From Parcubacteria group bacterium Athens0714_16 (GTDB lineage Bacteria > Patescibacteriota > Minisyncoccia > Phycocordibacterales > 21-14-all-36-13), in the NCBI GenBank assembly GCA_007376805.1, contig VMGX01000001.1:136461-190354 (forward strand): DNA of 53,894 nucleotides. The letters are read 5' to 3'. Every line of letters starts with the position of its first letter. The first letter of the stretch is position 1. Shown here piece after piece: positions 30,236 through 38,475 of the stretch. The notes beneath the pieces are model-generated. The model searched no databases. It saw only the letters and a list, made by a program, of their open reading frames with translations, and was not told the origin of the DNA. The translations under genes and the position numbers were made by a program.

Positions 30236-33200
30236 TTATTCTCCATAAACCCAATTCAAAATTGAATAATTAGAGTGTGGAGCTGGAGATAAGTTGGTTT
30301 TAAAATAATTTCTAAAGTCATTAATATCATTACTACCCTGTCTAATTTCATATATTGCAATAAATATTCTATCCTCATTATTCAAACTTAATACACCCGC
30401 ATCATTTTCAGGACTTTCAACAATTGTCGTTATGTGATTCTTAAGAGAATGACCATTAACGATGATTGAATTGCCGACTTCTCCTTTATAGATATCTCCG
30501 TATGTGGAAACAGTCCTAAAACTTGGAAAAATGTATGTGCATACTCCCTGTGATGGTTTGTATGTCATTCCCTCTTGGAATGTATTAACATAAGGTCCGC
30601 AGTAATAACCAATTCCACTACTGGAAACATTCGCACTGTTTCTTGTTAGTGGAGTTCCATTTATTAAACCATTATTTGCGTTTGTGCCATTCTTTTTATA
30701 TGTATTATTTGAATTCCAATTTGTACTGATTGTTCCACTTATGTCCGGATTTATTCTTTCCATTGTTTTGTAATCAGCCGATGCAGTTCCTGCACACCAA
30801 CCACCTCCACAATCTACAAGATTTGGAGTTTTATCAACGGTCGTTGTCGCCGTTCCGGTTGAATAAACGAGAGATAGAACTTCGCCCGAATTCCCAAGTC
30901 CAGAACCGCTCAAGCCACTAAATGGCGTAACCAAATTTGCAACAACGTTAACAGTTGTATCATCTGTTCTTTCAATTAAATAAAATGAATTTGCTAAAAT
31001 TGTTCCTGAAAGATTTATATACGGAGTTCCGTCTTCTGCAAAAATTACAAATTCAGACATTTTAATTTCCTGCGAACTTCTGTTATATAATTCAATCCAC
31101 TCATCGTTTTCAAGAGTAGCTGAGGTCCCCGCCCAAGCTATTTCATTTATTATTACGGGCATATTTATTGTTGTCTTTACTTGTTTTACATCTGAATATC
31201 TTTCATTGCCCGCCCTATCAACCGCTCTCACTTTAATTTCACTCTGTGAATTTTCTGGAATTGTTATTTCCGTTGTGGTTGCAGTAGTGGTTGTTGCTAA
31301 AACATTATTTAAATAAACTTCATAGTAAGAAATATTTTGTTCGTTGGAATTCCATACTGGATTTATTTTTGTGGTTGGGATTAAACACTCGCTCCCATTT
31401 GTACTTATTGAATGTCCGCATTCGGTTATACTAAATGCACTAAAAATCGGACTTTGTGTATCAACAAAAACTACAAACTCTGTGACGGTAGATGTTGAAT
31501 AACTTGTATTACTTGAAACAAAATTTATTGTTGTTGTCCCTTCTTGAAAACCAGAAAGCGACATTGACCAGTTTTCATTTCCATCGGCTGTGGTTGTAGA
31601 TGTTGAAAAATCGTTTGATATTAAAAGTGTTGACGACGCAATTCCTGAAAATGTAATTGAATTTGTCGCGGACGTGTATGGATTTACTGCTGGTGTTGAA
31701 ATAATAGGTTTTGGTAGATTTTGGACTATAACTCTTCTCGTGATTTCGTTTGCCGTGAGTCCTCCTGAATCCATAACATTATATGAAATTGTGTATGTTC
31801 CGACGGTTGCTGTATCGACTGTTCCTGTTTTAACAATGTTAGCTGTTATACCACCATCTTCTGTATCTGAAGCTGTGGCTCCAGCGTCTGTGTATGTATC
31901 ACCTTTTGTAATTGTCATTTCTGCACTGCCAGTAAGTGTGATCGTGGGATATGTATTTTGTCTTGAATTACCACCTCCGGCTCCTCCGCCACCAAATCCG
32001 GGACCATATTTTGGAGTAATTGGTGCTGGTTCCTGAACATTATATTTAATAGTGCTGTCCGGTATGTTTGGTTGTTGATTTGTTTCCGGTGTTGTTGTAA
32101 TTGTAGTTTGTATTTCATCTACAACAGAATTATTTTGTTCTTGATTATTACTTTCTTGATTTATTACAACATTATTATTAACAACAGGTTGGACCGTGGA
32201 ATAAACTTCATTGCTTTTTTGCTTCGTTGCTCCGTTGCTTTCTTGAGTAACCCCGACACTAGCCGACTGATACAATCCAGCCCCAAATAATTTCTTTATT
32301 GAGTCCCTGTTTTTATTGAACAAAGCCATTGTATCCTCTTCTTCTCTCACTTTTTCAAAGAAAAGTGAAATAACTCCTGACGCATGAAGAACTGCCTGTT
32401 TTGAAAGATGGGACCAGTTGTCAGAAAGAATTAAATCTCCGTCGTCATCTAAAAAATATATGTTTGTATCTTTGTTTGAGAAAAAAGAAATTTTATTTTC
32501 TATACCTATTACTCTGGAAACATCACCTTTTAAATTTTTATATCCAAATGTAATCCCTGTATCTAAATCCTTCTTTTCAAAATCTATTTTTGGTTCAATA
32601 TATTTTTTATCATTTATAGTATCTCCACTAAAAAAATTGTTGTTTGAATAATTAGCCAAACTAGAAAAATAATCAAAAAGTGAAGAAAGTTTTTTTGACT
32701 TTTCTCCACTTTTTACTAATTCTCCTGAAATATCACTTATTGTTTCACTATCATATTTTGTTGTATATGTTTCATAATAATCTCCATTCAAATGCTGGTC
32801 ATCTCTCGTGTGAGCCGGGACAGCCATATCTTCAACCAAATGAAGAATATTGCCTAATGTTTCTAGGCCTCTTTGTTTGTCTCCATTAACATATTCGTAA
32901 ACAGCCCTATCAAAAGAATAATCTGAATTTGAGCTAAAAAAAGACATCAGTTTAGATAAAAGAGCATATTGTGGACTTAACATTGCCTGTGCTTTTGTAT
33001 TTTCAGCCCATTTATATGCTGGAAGAAATTCACCCCACAATCCTTTGTTGTATATTGGGTCATAAAAATGATAAACAGATCTATAAAATGGCTCGTCTTC
33101 TTTTACACTCCCTAAAAGAATTTTTTCTTTATCTTCGTTTGAAATTTTCTTATTATTAATTTCGTTATAGAATTCTATAGTTTCGTTTGTTATTGCCTTG

Positions 33201-33292
33201 TGTGTTACTCCATTATATGAATAAACACCGTTTATAAAAACGAAATTTGCTAAAAATATTATTATCAGAATTACAAACTTTCTATTTTCCAT
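30236..33292 (-). CDS. Giant secreted protein: Zn-dependent phospholipase C / S1-P1 nuclease-superfamily domain + Ig-like (DUF5011/HYR-type) + LTD
   Basis: N-terminal signal/TM. GVTHKAIT ... YHFYDP ... HLVEDMAVPAHTRDD (the His/Asp Zn-ligand pattern of the PLC/P1 fold). Gly-rich linker. PTITLTGSAEMTITKGDTYTDAGATASDTEDGG...VGTYTISYNV Ig-like repeat. LTD block VIINEIAWAGTSATLENDEWIELYNRSSQEI. Confidence 0.7.
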   Translation of the reverse strand: MENRKFVILIIIFLANFVFINGVYSYNGVTHKAITNETIEFYNEINNKKISNEDKEKILLGSVKEDEPFYRSVYHFYDPIYNKGLWGEFLPAYKWAENTKAQAMLSPQYALLSKLMSFFSSNSDYSFDRAVYEYVNGDKQRGLETLGNILHLVEDMAVPAHTRDDQHLNGDYYETYTTKYDSETISDISGELVKSGEKSKKLSSLFDYFSSLANYSNNNFFSGDTINDKKYIEPKIDFEKKDLDTGITFGYKNLKGDVSRVIGIENKISFFSNKDTNIYFLDDDGDLILSDNWSHLSKQAVLHASGVISLFFEKVREEEDTMALFNKNRDSIKKLFGAGLYQSASVGVTQESNGATKQKSNEVYSTVQPVVNNNVVINQESNNQEQNNSVVDEIQTTITTTPETNQQPNIPDSTIKYNVQEPAPITPKYGPGFGGGGAGGGNSRQNTYPTITLTGSAEMTITKGDTYTDAGATASDTEDGGITANIVKTGTVDTATVGTYTISYNVMDSGGLTANEITRRVIVQNLPKPIISTPAVNPYTSATNSITFSGIASSTLLISNDFSTSTTTADGNENWSMSLSGFQEGTTTINFVSSNTSYSTSTVTEFVVFVDTQSPIFSAFSITECGHSISTNGSECLIPTTKINPVWNSNEQNISYYEVYLNNVLATTTTATTTEITIPENSQSEIKVRAVDRAGNERYSDVKQVKTTINMPVIINEIAWAGTSATLENDEWIELYNRSSQEIKMSEFVIFAEDGTPYINLSGTILANSFYLIERTDDTTVNVVANLVTPFSGLSGSGLGNSGEVLSLVYSTGTATTTVDKTPNLVDCGGGWCAGTASADYKTMERINPDISGTISTNWNSNNTYKKNGTNANNGLINGTPLTRNSANVSSSGIGYYCGPYVNTFQEGMTYKPSQGVCTYIFPSFRTVSTYGDIYKGEVGNSIIVNGHSLKNHITTIVESPENDAGVLSLNNEDRIFIAIYEIRQGSNDINDFRNYFKTNLSPAPHSNYSILNWVYGE

Positions 33293-33780
33293 ATATTAGT
33301 TGATTCATTTAAAGCAAAATCAATTATAAACCCAGGCTGATCTTTTTCTTTCAGAATTCTAAATCTATGAGTATTTAATGAATCATTGTAGGTTTTTTCT
33401 GTATTTCCAGTTAAATAGTAATCCATTAACCTGTCCGCTCCTCCACTTTCTATCCCTTGTTTCAAGCTATCTACCATTTCCTTCTGTTTATCCAAAACAA
33501 AATATTTTGAGGCGAGTTCGGTATCGCCTTTTTTGAGTGCATCTACAAACAAACCAAGTGTTTCTTCTGGTGTTTTGCCACCATACGTATCTCTACTTTG
33601 TGCTTGTTTATATTGTTCAACATAGTCCAAATAATCCTGTGGGGATGTAAAACTGTCTTTATCTCTCACAACAAATTCTTTAACAGCTCCTTTTGTGGCA
33701 AAATTCGAAAGAAATACTATTCCTACAATAATAATTATTATCACTCCAAAAAATAAAAAAAATTTTTGATTTTTATCCAT
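33271..33780 (-). CDS. Hypothetical N-terminally membrane-anchored protein
   Basis: Single N-terminal TM (FFLFFGVIIIIIVGIVFL) followed by a soluble domain. It overlaps the downstream giant gene by 22 nt. A palindromic leader element precedes it. Confidence 0.55.
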   Translation of the reverse strand: MDKNQKFFLFFGVIIIIIVGIVFLSNFATKGAVKEFVVRDKDSFTSPQDYLDYVEQYKQAQSRDTYGGKTPEETLGLFVDALKKGDTELASKYFVLDKQKEMVDSLKQGIESGGADRLMDYYLTGNTEKTYNDSLNTHRFRILKEKDQPGFIIDFALNESTNIWKIESL

Positions 33781-33791
33781 GTTTAATTTTG

Positions 33792-33829
33792 CTTGCCCTG
33801 TGAAATATTTTTATTTCACGGGGTGAATT
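33792..33829 (-). repeat. Palindromic element copy E1 (AATTCACCCCGTGAAAT-loop-ATTTCACAGGGCAAG)
   Basis: Hairpin ending 12 nt upstream of the ATG at 33780. It belongs to the same family as the copies at 53153-53194, 51663-51816 and 46966-47027. Confidence 0.55.
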
Positions 33830-33910
33830 TAAAAAATATTAATAAATAAATTTTACTAATCATGGAGTTTATTATCAAATATTTTTTTGATAACTAGTGG
33901 ATAACTTTTT

Positions 33911-33946
33911 TTACACTAAATGTCCCTATAGGGACATTTAGTGTAA
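33911..33946 (-). terminator. Long perfect hairpin (second of two tandem terminator-like hairpins)
   Basis: TTACACTAAATGTCCCTATAGGGACATTTAGTGTAA is a perfect palindrome. It lies downstream of the minus-strand ORFs that end at 34017. Confidence 0.5.
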
Positions 33947-33959
33947 AAATAAAAAAGGA

Positions 33960-33996
33960 AATCGCCACATTGAAGTCAGACTTCAATGTGGCGATT
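33960..33996 (-). terminator. Rho-independent terminator
   Basis: On the minus strand, AATCGCCACATTGAAGTCTGACTTCAATGTGGCGATT is followed by TCCTTTTTTATTTTT. Confidence 0.65.
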
Positions 33997-34016
33997 TGGT
34001 AAAAAAAATTAAAATA

Positions 34017-34286
34017 TTATTTTTCAATTTTTAAAATTCCTCGTAAAACATCTTCTGGAATTTCTTTTTGTTCAGTGTCTTTTGGTATTTCTGTTTTAGC
34101 AGTCGCTTCAGTTGGTTTGTTTTGAACAGCGTCAATAGAAACTGGTGGATTTTCTTTTACTGCTTCTTTTTCGAATAATTCTTTCTCTTTTTTATAATCC
34201 TGTTCAATTGTGTTTTGTGTAGTTTCTGTTGTATTAGTATTTGTTTCTGTGTTTGTAATACTCTCATCAATAGTTAGTATTTCCAT
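34017..34286 (-). CDS. Hypothetical acidic Thr/Glu-rich ORF, or a frameshifted continuation of the upstream tail
   Basis: Low-complexity ORF overlapping the end of the 617-aa gene in another frame. Candidate Met codons at 34346, 34301, 34295 and 34286 all lie inside the overlap. Confidence 0.3.
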   Translation of the reverse strand: MEILTIDESITNTETNTNTTETTQNTIEQDYKKEKELFEKEAVKENPPVSIDAVQNKPTEATAKTEIPKDTEQKEIPEDVLRGILKIEK

Positions 34287-36120
34287 TTGTTCCATTACCA
34301 TTAACACCGCCGGAAGCCAAAGCTTCGCCGTTCTTTTTAGTTTCACTTAAAATTTCACTCAACGCCTCTCTCAACGCGAAAACATTTTCTTCGGACATTT
34401 TTTTCTTCCTTTCAACTGGTTTTTTTGCATCTTCGGCTGGTTTCAAATAATTAAGCGCTATCGCCTTTCTAAATTCTTCTTCGTTGCTTTGTGTTTTGAA
34501 TGGTTTATGAAAATTATTCCCCTGAAAACCATCTCGACGTGTATTATTTCGTTTAAAATCATTTCTTTCTATTGGGTTTCTATTTTCGGACTTATTTTCA
34601 ATTTTGGGTTCAACTTTATTTTCTATTTTAGTTTCTGGCTTAACTTCCGACTTAGTTTCACTTTTATAATTAGGAAATTTTCCTCTTTGAAGATTATTAA
34701 CTGGTACAGAATTTTGAGTTTTGCTGTTTACAAAACCATTTTTATTACTTTCAGTTGTTTTATTATTTACAACTTCACCAACATTTTTACTAGCCCCGTT
34801 GGTTGAGCTACTTTTTTTCTCTGATTTGTTTGTATTTGTGTGCCATTCAATAATGTATTTTTCAACTTCAGCACGTGGCCTAGCAAATCTTTTTCTTGAG
34901 TTTTCAATTATTCTTTCTTTGTAAGAAACGGGTGGCGCTGGTATTGGTGGTAATGTTCTTGCAGAAAATGGCTGTGAGCTTATGCCATCTATCAACAACT
35001 TAATATAAATCTGCGCAAACCCAAGATTAACCAAATCTTCTGGCGTAAACTGCGGGGCAAACTCTTTTTCCAATTCATTTGCGTCATTTGCACCTATACG
35101 AAAAACTATCATAGTCCCTACGTTACCAAACACAGCTGCTTTTACTTCATCTTGCATTTGTTCTATGTACTGATGTGCAATATTTAAATTTAATTTATAT
35201 TTTCTCGCTTCTGACAAAATGTCTGCGAACGATTCATTGGCAAATGATTGAAATTCGTCAACGTGAAGATAAAAATTTGGAAGTTTTCTTAATTCTTCTT
35301 GTGAAGCATCTGCACGAGACATTGATGCCAAATAAATTTTTGTTATTAACATACCGCCCAAAAGATTTGCGTTTGCTTCACCCACTCTTCCCTTTGATAG
35401 GTTTATAATTACTATTTTTTTATTATCTTCTATATCTCTAATATCAAAACTCGAATGTGGTTGCCCTATTATATTTCTTATAAGTGGATTAGAAATAAAC
35501 TGACCAACTTTGTTTTGTATAGCGGCACCAGCTTCTTGCATATATCTTTCACCATATTTTGCAAATTCATCCTGCCAGAATGCTTTTACAGAAACATCTG
35601 TGACATTATCAACGACCATTTTTCTATAATCTTTGTCAGCTAACATTCTATTTACTCCCAAAAGAGTAGCATCTGGATATTCCAAAAGTGCTAAAAGAAT
35701 GTTATTCAAAATATATTCCATTCTCGCAGACCATGCATCAAGCCAAATCTTTTTAAATGCACTCATCAGGCCGTTGGCAACAAGATGTCTTTTATCAATA
35801 CCAACATCCTCCATCACATTGAATGAAACCGGATATTCCAAATCGAAAGGAGCAAAATAAAGAACATCATCAATTCTGCTTTCTGGAACATAATCAAGAA
35901 GTAGTTCTGCTGATTTTCCGTGCGGGTCGACAAAAGCCATTCCATTACCATTCTGGATATCTTGAATCGCCATATTTTCTAGTAGAGTAGATTTTCCTGT
36001 TCCTGTTTTTCCTATGACATAAACGTGTCTTATTCTGTCTGCCTCTTTTATGCCAAATTTAGTTTTGTTATTTCTGTAATCCGTTTCAGCAAAATATGTA
36101 ATTTTATCTCCATTTGCCAT
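34267..36120 (-). CDS. Soluble P-loop NTPase of the VirD4/TraG/TraD coupling-protein (HerA/FtsK) type with a long low-complexity C-terminal tail
   Basis: Walker A VIGKTGTGKSTLL, then AFVDPHGKS, and Walker B FYLHVDEFQSF. No N-terminal TM segments. The tail carries Lys/Glu/Asn-rich repeats (KSETKSEVKPETKIENKVEPKIENKSENR). TATAAT lies at 36128-36133, 7 nt before the ATG. Confidence 0.7.
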   Translation of the reverse strand: MANGDKITYFAETDYRNNKTKFGIKEADRIRHVYVIGKTGTGKSTLLENMAIQDIQNGNGMAFVDPHGKSAELLLDYVPESRIDDVLYFAPFDLEYPVSFNVMEDVGIDKRHLVANGLMSAFKKIWLDAWSARMEYILNNILLALLEYPDATLLGVNRMLADKDYRKMVVDNVTDVSVKAFWQDEFAKYGERYMQEAGAAIQNKVGQFISNPLIRNIIGQPHSSFDIRDIEDNKKIVIINLSKGRVGEANANLLGGMLITKIYLASMSRADASQEELRKLPNFYLHVDEFQSFANESFADILSEARKYKLNLNIAHQYIEQMQDEVKAAVFGNVGTMIVFRIGANDANELEKEFAPQFTPEDLVNLGFAQIYIKLLIDGISSQPFSARTLPPIPAPPVSYKERIIENSRKRFARPRAEVEKYIIEWHTNTNKSEKKSSSTNGASKNVGEVVNNKTTESNKNGFVNSKTQNSVPVNNLQRGKFPNYKSETKSEVKPETKIENKVEPKIENKSENRNPIERNDFKRNNTRRDGFQGNNFHKPFKTQSNEEEFRKAIALNYLKPAEDAKKPVERKKKMSEENVFALREALSEILSETKKNGEALASGGVNGNGTNGNTNY

Positions 36121-36155
36121 TGTGTTAATTATAGAATGTTTAAAGAAATAAAAAA

Positions 36156-36180
36156 AGCCGTTCTGTGTCTCAGAACGGCT
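36156..36180 (-). terminator. Rho-independent terminator
   Basis: On the minus strand, AGCCGTTCTG-AGACA-CAGAACGGCT is followed by TTTTTTTATTTC. It lies directly after the stop of the 36189-36587 ORF. Confidence 0.75.
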
Positions 36181-36188
36181 TGTTACAA

Positions 36189-36587
36189 TTATGTTGAAAA
36201 CCTCAAGTCTACATATGCCTTTGAAAATGTCTTTTCTACAAAAAATTTAAAAATTTTTAAACTTATAAAAGACATTAGAAAAATTCCCAATGCATATATT
36301 ACAACTATTATGCAGATTAAAAAGGTAGACATGTTTTCCGCTTTTGTTGTTAACATGTTTGGATAAATAGAATAGTACACGATTGATACCAGTGTTATTC
36401 CTAAAAAAAATCCAATCGCAAGAGATATCATTGGGAGCTCTTCAAAATTATCAGAAATCAAATAATCTTGAAGCCCTTTTTTGAACTTTCTTTTTTTAGA
36501 ATATATCCAATATATTCCTATTAGTTGCAGAAATATACAACATGCAACAATTACTAGAATCCCAGATTGAAGTTCGTGAGTAAACAC
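36189..36587 (-). CDS. Small multi-pass membrane protein (ORFan)
   Basis: Three to four hydrophobic segments. GTG start preceded by a perfect AGGAGG (36593-36598) at 5-nt spacing. It has its own promoter cassette and terminator. Confidence 0.55.
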   Translation of the reverse strand: MFTHELQSGILVIVACCIFLQLIGIYWIYSKKRKFKKGLQDYLISDNFEELPMISLAIGFFLGITLVSIVYYSIYPNMLTTKAENMSTFLICIIVVIYALGIFLMSFISLKIFKFFVEKTFSKAYVDLRFST

Positions 36588-36592
36588 TTTTA

Positions 36593-36664
36593 CCTCCTAT
36601 TTTTTACTTATTATTGAACTAATTTTCGTATATATTATATATTATTCAATAATTTTGTCAAATT
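36593..36664 (-). promoter_or_regulatory. Promoter + leader cassette (TTGACA-16 nt-TATAAT, AGGAGG SD), copy 1
   Basis: -35 TTGACA at 36656-36661 and -10 TATAAT at 36634-36639 (minus strand). About 54 nt (36611-36664) are near-identical to 44689-44746. Confidence 0.6.
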
Positions 36665-36862
36665 TATTTCCAATCTTCAGTGACGTCGTATCTCTGCTAT
36701 CGCGGAGATACGACGTCACTTCTGTTTTTGTGATTTAATATCTTAGTGTTTTAAGAAAAAACACTGCGGATTCAAAATCTCAAAATTTGAATAAATCCCT
36801 AACACTTTTCTTAAGAACCTCCCCCAGAGATTCTTAAGTTAGAGATTTTGAATTTAGTGATT

Positions 36863-38122
36863 TTATTCTTTGAGTAAGGCCGATTCTGTATAGGTGTTCG
36901 CTGCGTCCCAAAGCATCCAACTCGTTAAACCAGAATCATATGTGGCCTGCATTTGTTTTCTAACCATTTCTGGAGTATACGTAGCACCTAAATCAAAATC
37001 TTGAAGCCATGGACGAAGTTTTTTTACACTTTGACTTGTTGTTTTATTAAACATAGGACTTGTGGTTGCAATCCCAACATTATCAAGTGCAACTGCACGC
37101 TTAACCGCAAAGTCCATTGAATATTTAACTACCTCGTAGGGATATGCTGCTGGGTTAGAAAGACCTATGAAAGTTTTAGGATAATGAGATGGATAAACCA
37201 TTGGCGCAACATAATCAAAATATGGCAACGCTCTTTCCAAAACCTGCCCTATGTTTAAATCATCAGAATTTGTTGTAACCATGCCAAATAAATCTGCAGA
37301 CAAAGTTACACCAGTTCCTTTAAATTTACTCGAAAGATATCTGAAAAAATCTTCCATTATTTTTGCTTTGCCAAGATTTGGGTCTGCTAAAATTTTTTGT
37401 TCACTAAATGGGTAACTTATGTCTTTCATATTTCCGTCCGAAGGAAATCTAATATAATCAAAATTTAATTCATCAAATCCAACTCTATAACTTTCTTTGC
37501 CAATCGAAATAACATAATCCCAAACTTTCTTTGAACCCGCGTCCAACCAACTTATTCCTTTGTAGTCCTTCCAAATAGAACCGTCACTCGCCTTTTTAAC
37601 AGCAAGTTCTGGGAATTTAGAGACAAACTGTGGGTCTTGAAAAACAGAAATCCTTCCTATCACATAAATATTTTTCTCATGTAAAATTTTTATAAAATCT
37701 TTTACATCTGCAATTCTTTTTTCGGACGAACCAACTTCTTTCAAAATAGGGTCTTCGACTTCAAAAGAAATCTTTCCTGTGTAATCCTTTATATCAATAA
37801 CAACAGAATTTATTTCCGTTCTATCAATAATATCAATTACTTTTTTTCTAATACTTGGAGTTCCAGCAACCCAACTTGTCATATATAAAGCTTTAACCTG
37901 TTCTGGGGTTTTGATGTGAGTAGCAACAAAAACATTTTTTTCGGCTTCTGTTTTTTTGTCTTTTTCTCTAATAGAAATACCCACAGCATCATTTGTGCTG
38001 TATTTTGTATATGCAAAAAGAGGAACAACAAAATATATTACGGCAAAAATAAAAAACAAAAAAACCAGAAATATTAAAAGTCGGTTTTTGGGGATGGACT
38101 TATTTATATTTTTAAATGACAT
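36863..38122 (-). CDS. Putative secreted TIM-barrel glycoside hydrolase-like protein (DUF4015/GHL-type)
   Basis: N-terminal TM anchor. YMTSWVAGTPSIRKKVIDIIDRTEINSVVIDIKDYTG ... GFDELNFDYIRFP resembles the hypothetical glycosyl-hydrolase-like families. Confidence 0.5.
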   Translation of the reverse strand: MSFKNINKSIPKNRLLIFLVFLFFIFAVIYFVVPLFAYTKYSTNDAVGISIREKDKKTEAEKNVFVATHIKTPEQVKALYMTSWVAGTPSIRKKVIDIIDRTEINSVVIDIKDYTGKISFEVEDPILKEVGSSEKRIADVKDFIKILHEKNIYVIGRISVFQDPQFVSKFPELAVKKASDGSIWKDYKGISWLDAGSKKVWDYVISIGKESYRVGFDELNFDYIRFPSDGNMKDISYPFSEQKILADPNLGKAKIMEDFFRYLSSKFKGTGVTLSADLFGMVTTNSDDLNIGQVLERALPYFDYVAPMVYPSHYPKTFIGLSNPAAYPYEVVKYSMDFAVKRAVALDNVGIATTSPMFNKTTSQSVKKLRPWLQDFDLGATYTPEMVRKQMQATYDSGLTSWMLWDAANTYTESALLKE

Positions 38123-38145
38123 TTTATATCTTACTATTCAGTTCT

Positions 38146-38436
38146 TTAATTATTTTCTTCTTCTATTTGTTCGGACGGCTTTTCTTTTTTTTCTTTTACC
38201 TTTAAAGAGAAAGCGTCTTTGTTTTTGTGCAACCTAGTTTTCATTTTTTCAATTCTAACACCAATTAATTTAGCAATCATATCGTTAAGTGTTCTTTCAG
38301 AAAAAAATGCAGAGAGCATAACCCAGAGCCCCAAAATGATTGTGAAAAAGAATTTCCACCCAGCTGGAATACCCAAAAGTGGCACAAGAAAAATAATAAT
38401 ACCGAGGGTTATAAATAATTTTCTTTTTTTCTGCAT
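38146..38436 (-). CDS. Small membrane protein (hypothetical)
   Basis: Two TM segments followed by a Lys/Glu-rich tail. The likely start is MQKKRKL at 38436; the ORF-track start is 38454. Confidence 0.45.
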   Translation of the reverse strand: MQKKRKLFITLGIIIFLVPLLGIPAGWKFFFTIILGLWVMLSAFFSERTLNDMIAKLIGVRIEKMKTRLHKNKDAFSLKVKEKKEKPSEQIEEENN

Positions 38437-38475
38437 ATTGTATACATTATACACTACAAAAGATAATTTCCCACA

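Noticed and set aside
30730-33159. Plus-strand ORFs lie inside the giant LTD gene (for example 31590-32036, 148 aa).
   Set aside because: These are antisense shadow ORFs of a gene with strong domain evidence. They have no start context or motifs.
27641-33292. A diversity-generating retroelement might target the LTD/PKD/Ig-like proteins.
   Set aside because: No reverse transcriptase ORF is present, and I could not find a template/variable repeat pair (near-identical ~100-bp repeats differing at A positions) in or near these genes.
34267-36120. The VirD4-like ATPase might mark a conjugative element or prophage.
   Set aside because: No relaxase, VirB4/VirB-type genes, integrase, capsid/terminase genes or flanking att-like repeats surround it. 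The neighbours are ordinary chromosomal genes.
36741-36856. Crossing inverted repeats (TTAAGAAAA/TTTTCTTAA and ATTCAAAATCTC/GAGATTTTGAAT) suggest a pseudoknotted ncRNA downstream of 36863-38122.
   Set aside because: The sequence is AT-rich and low in complexity, the helices are short, and I have no covariation or second copy. Chance complementarity cannot be excluded, so it is not reported as a feature.
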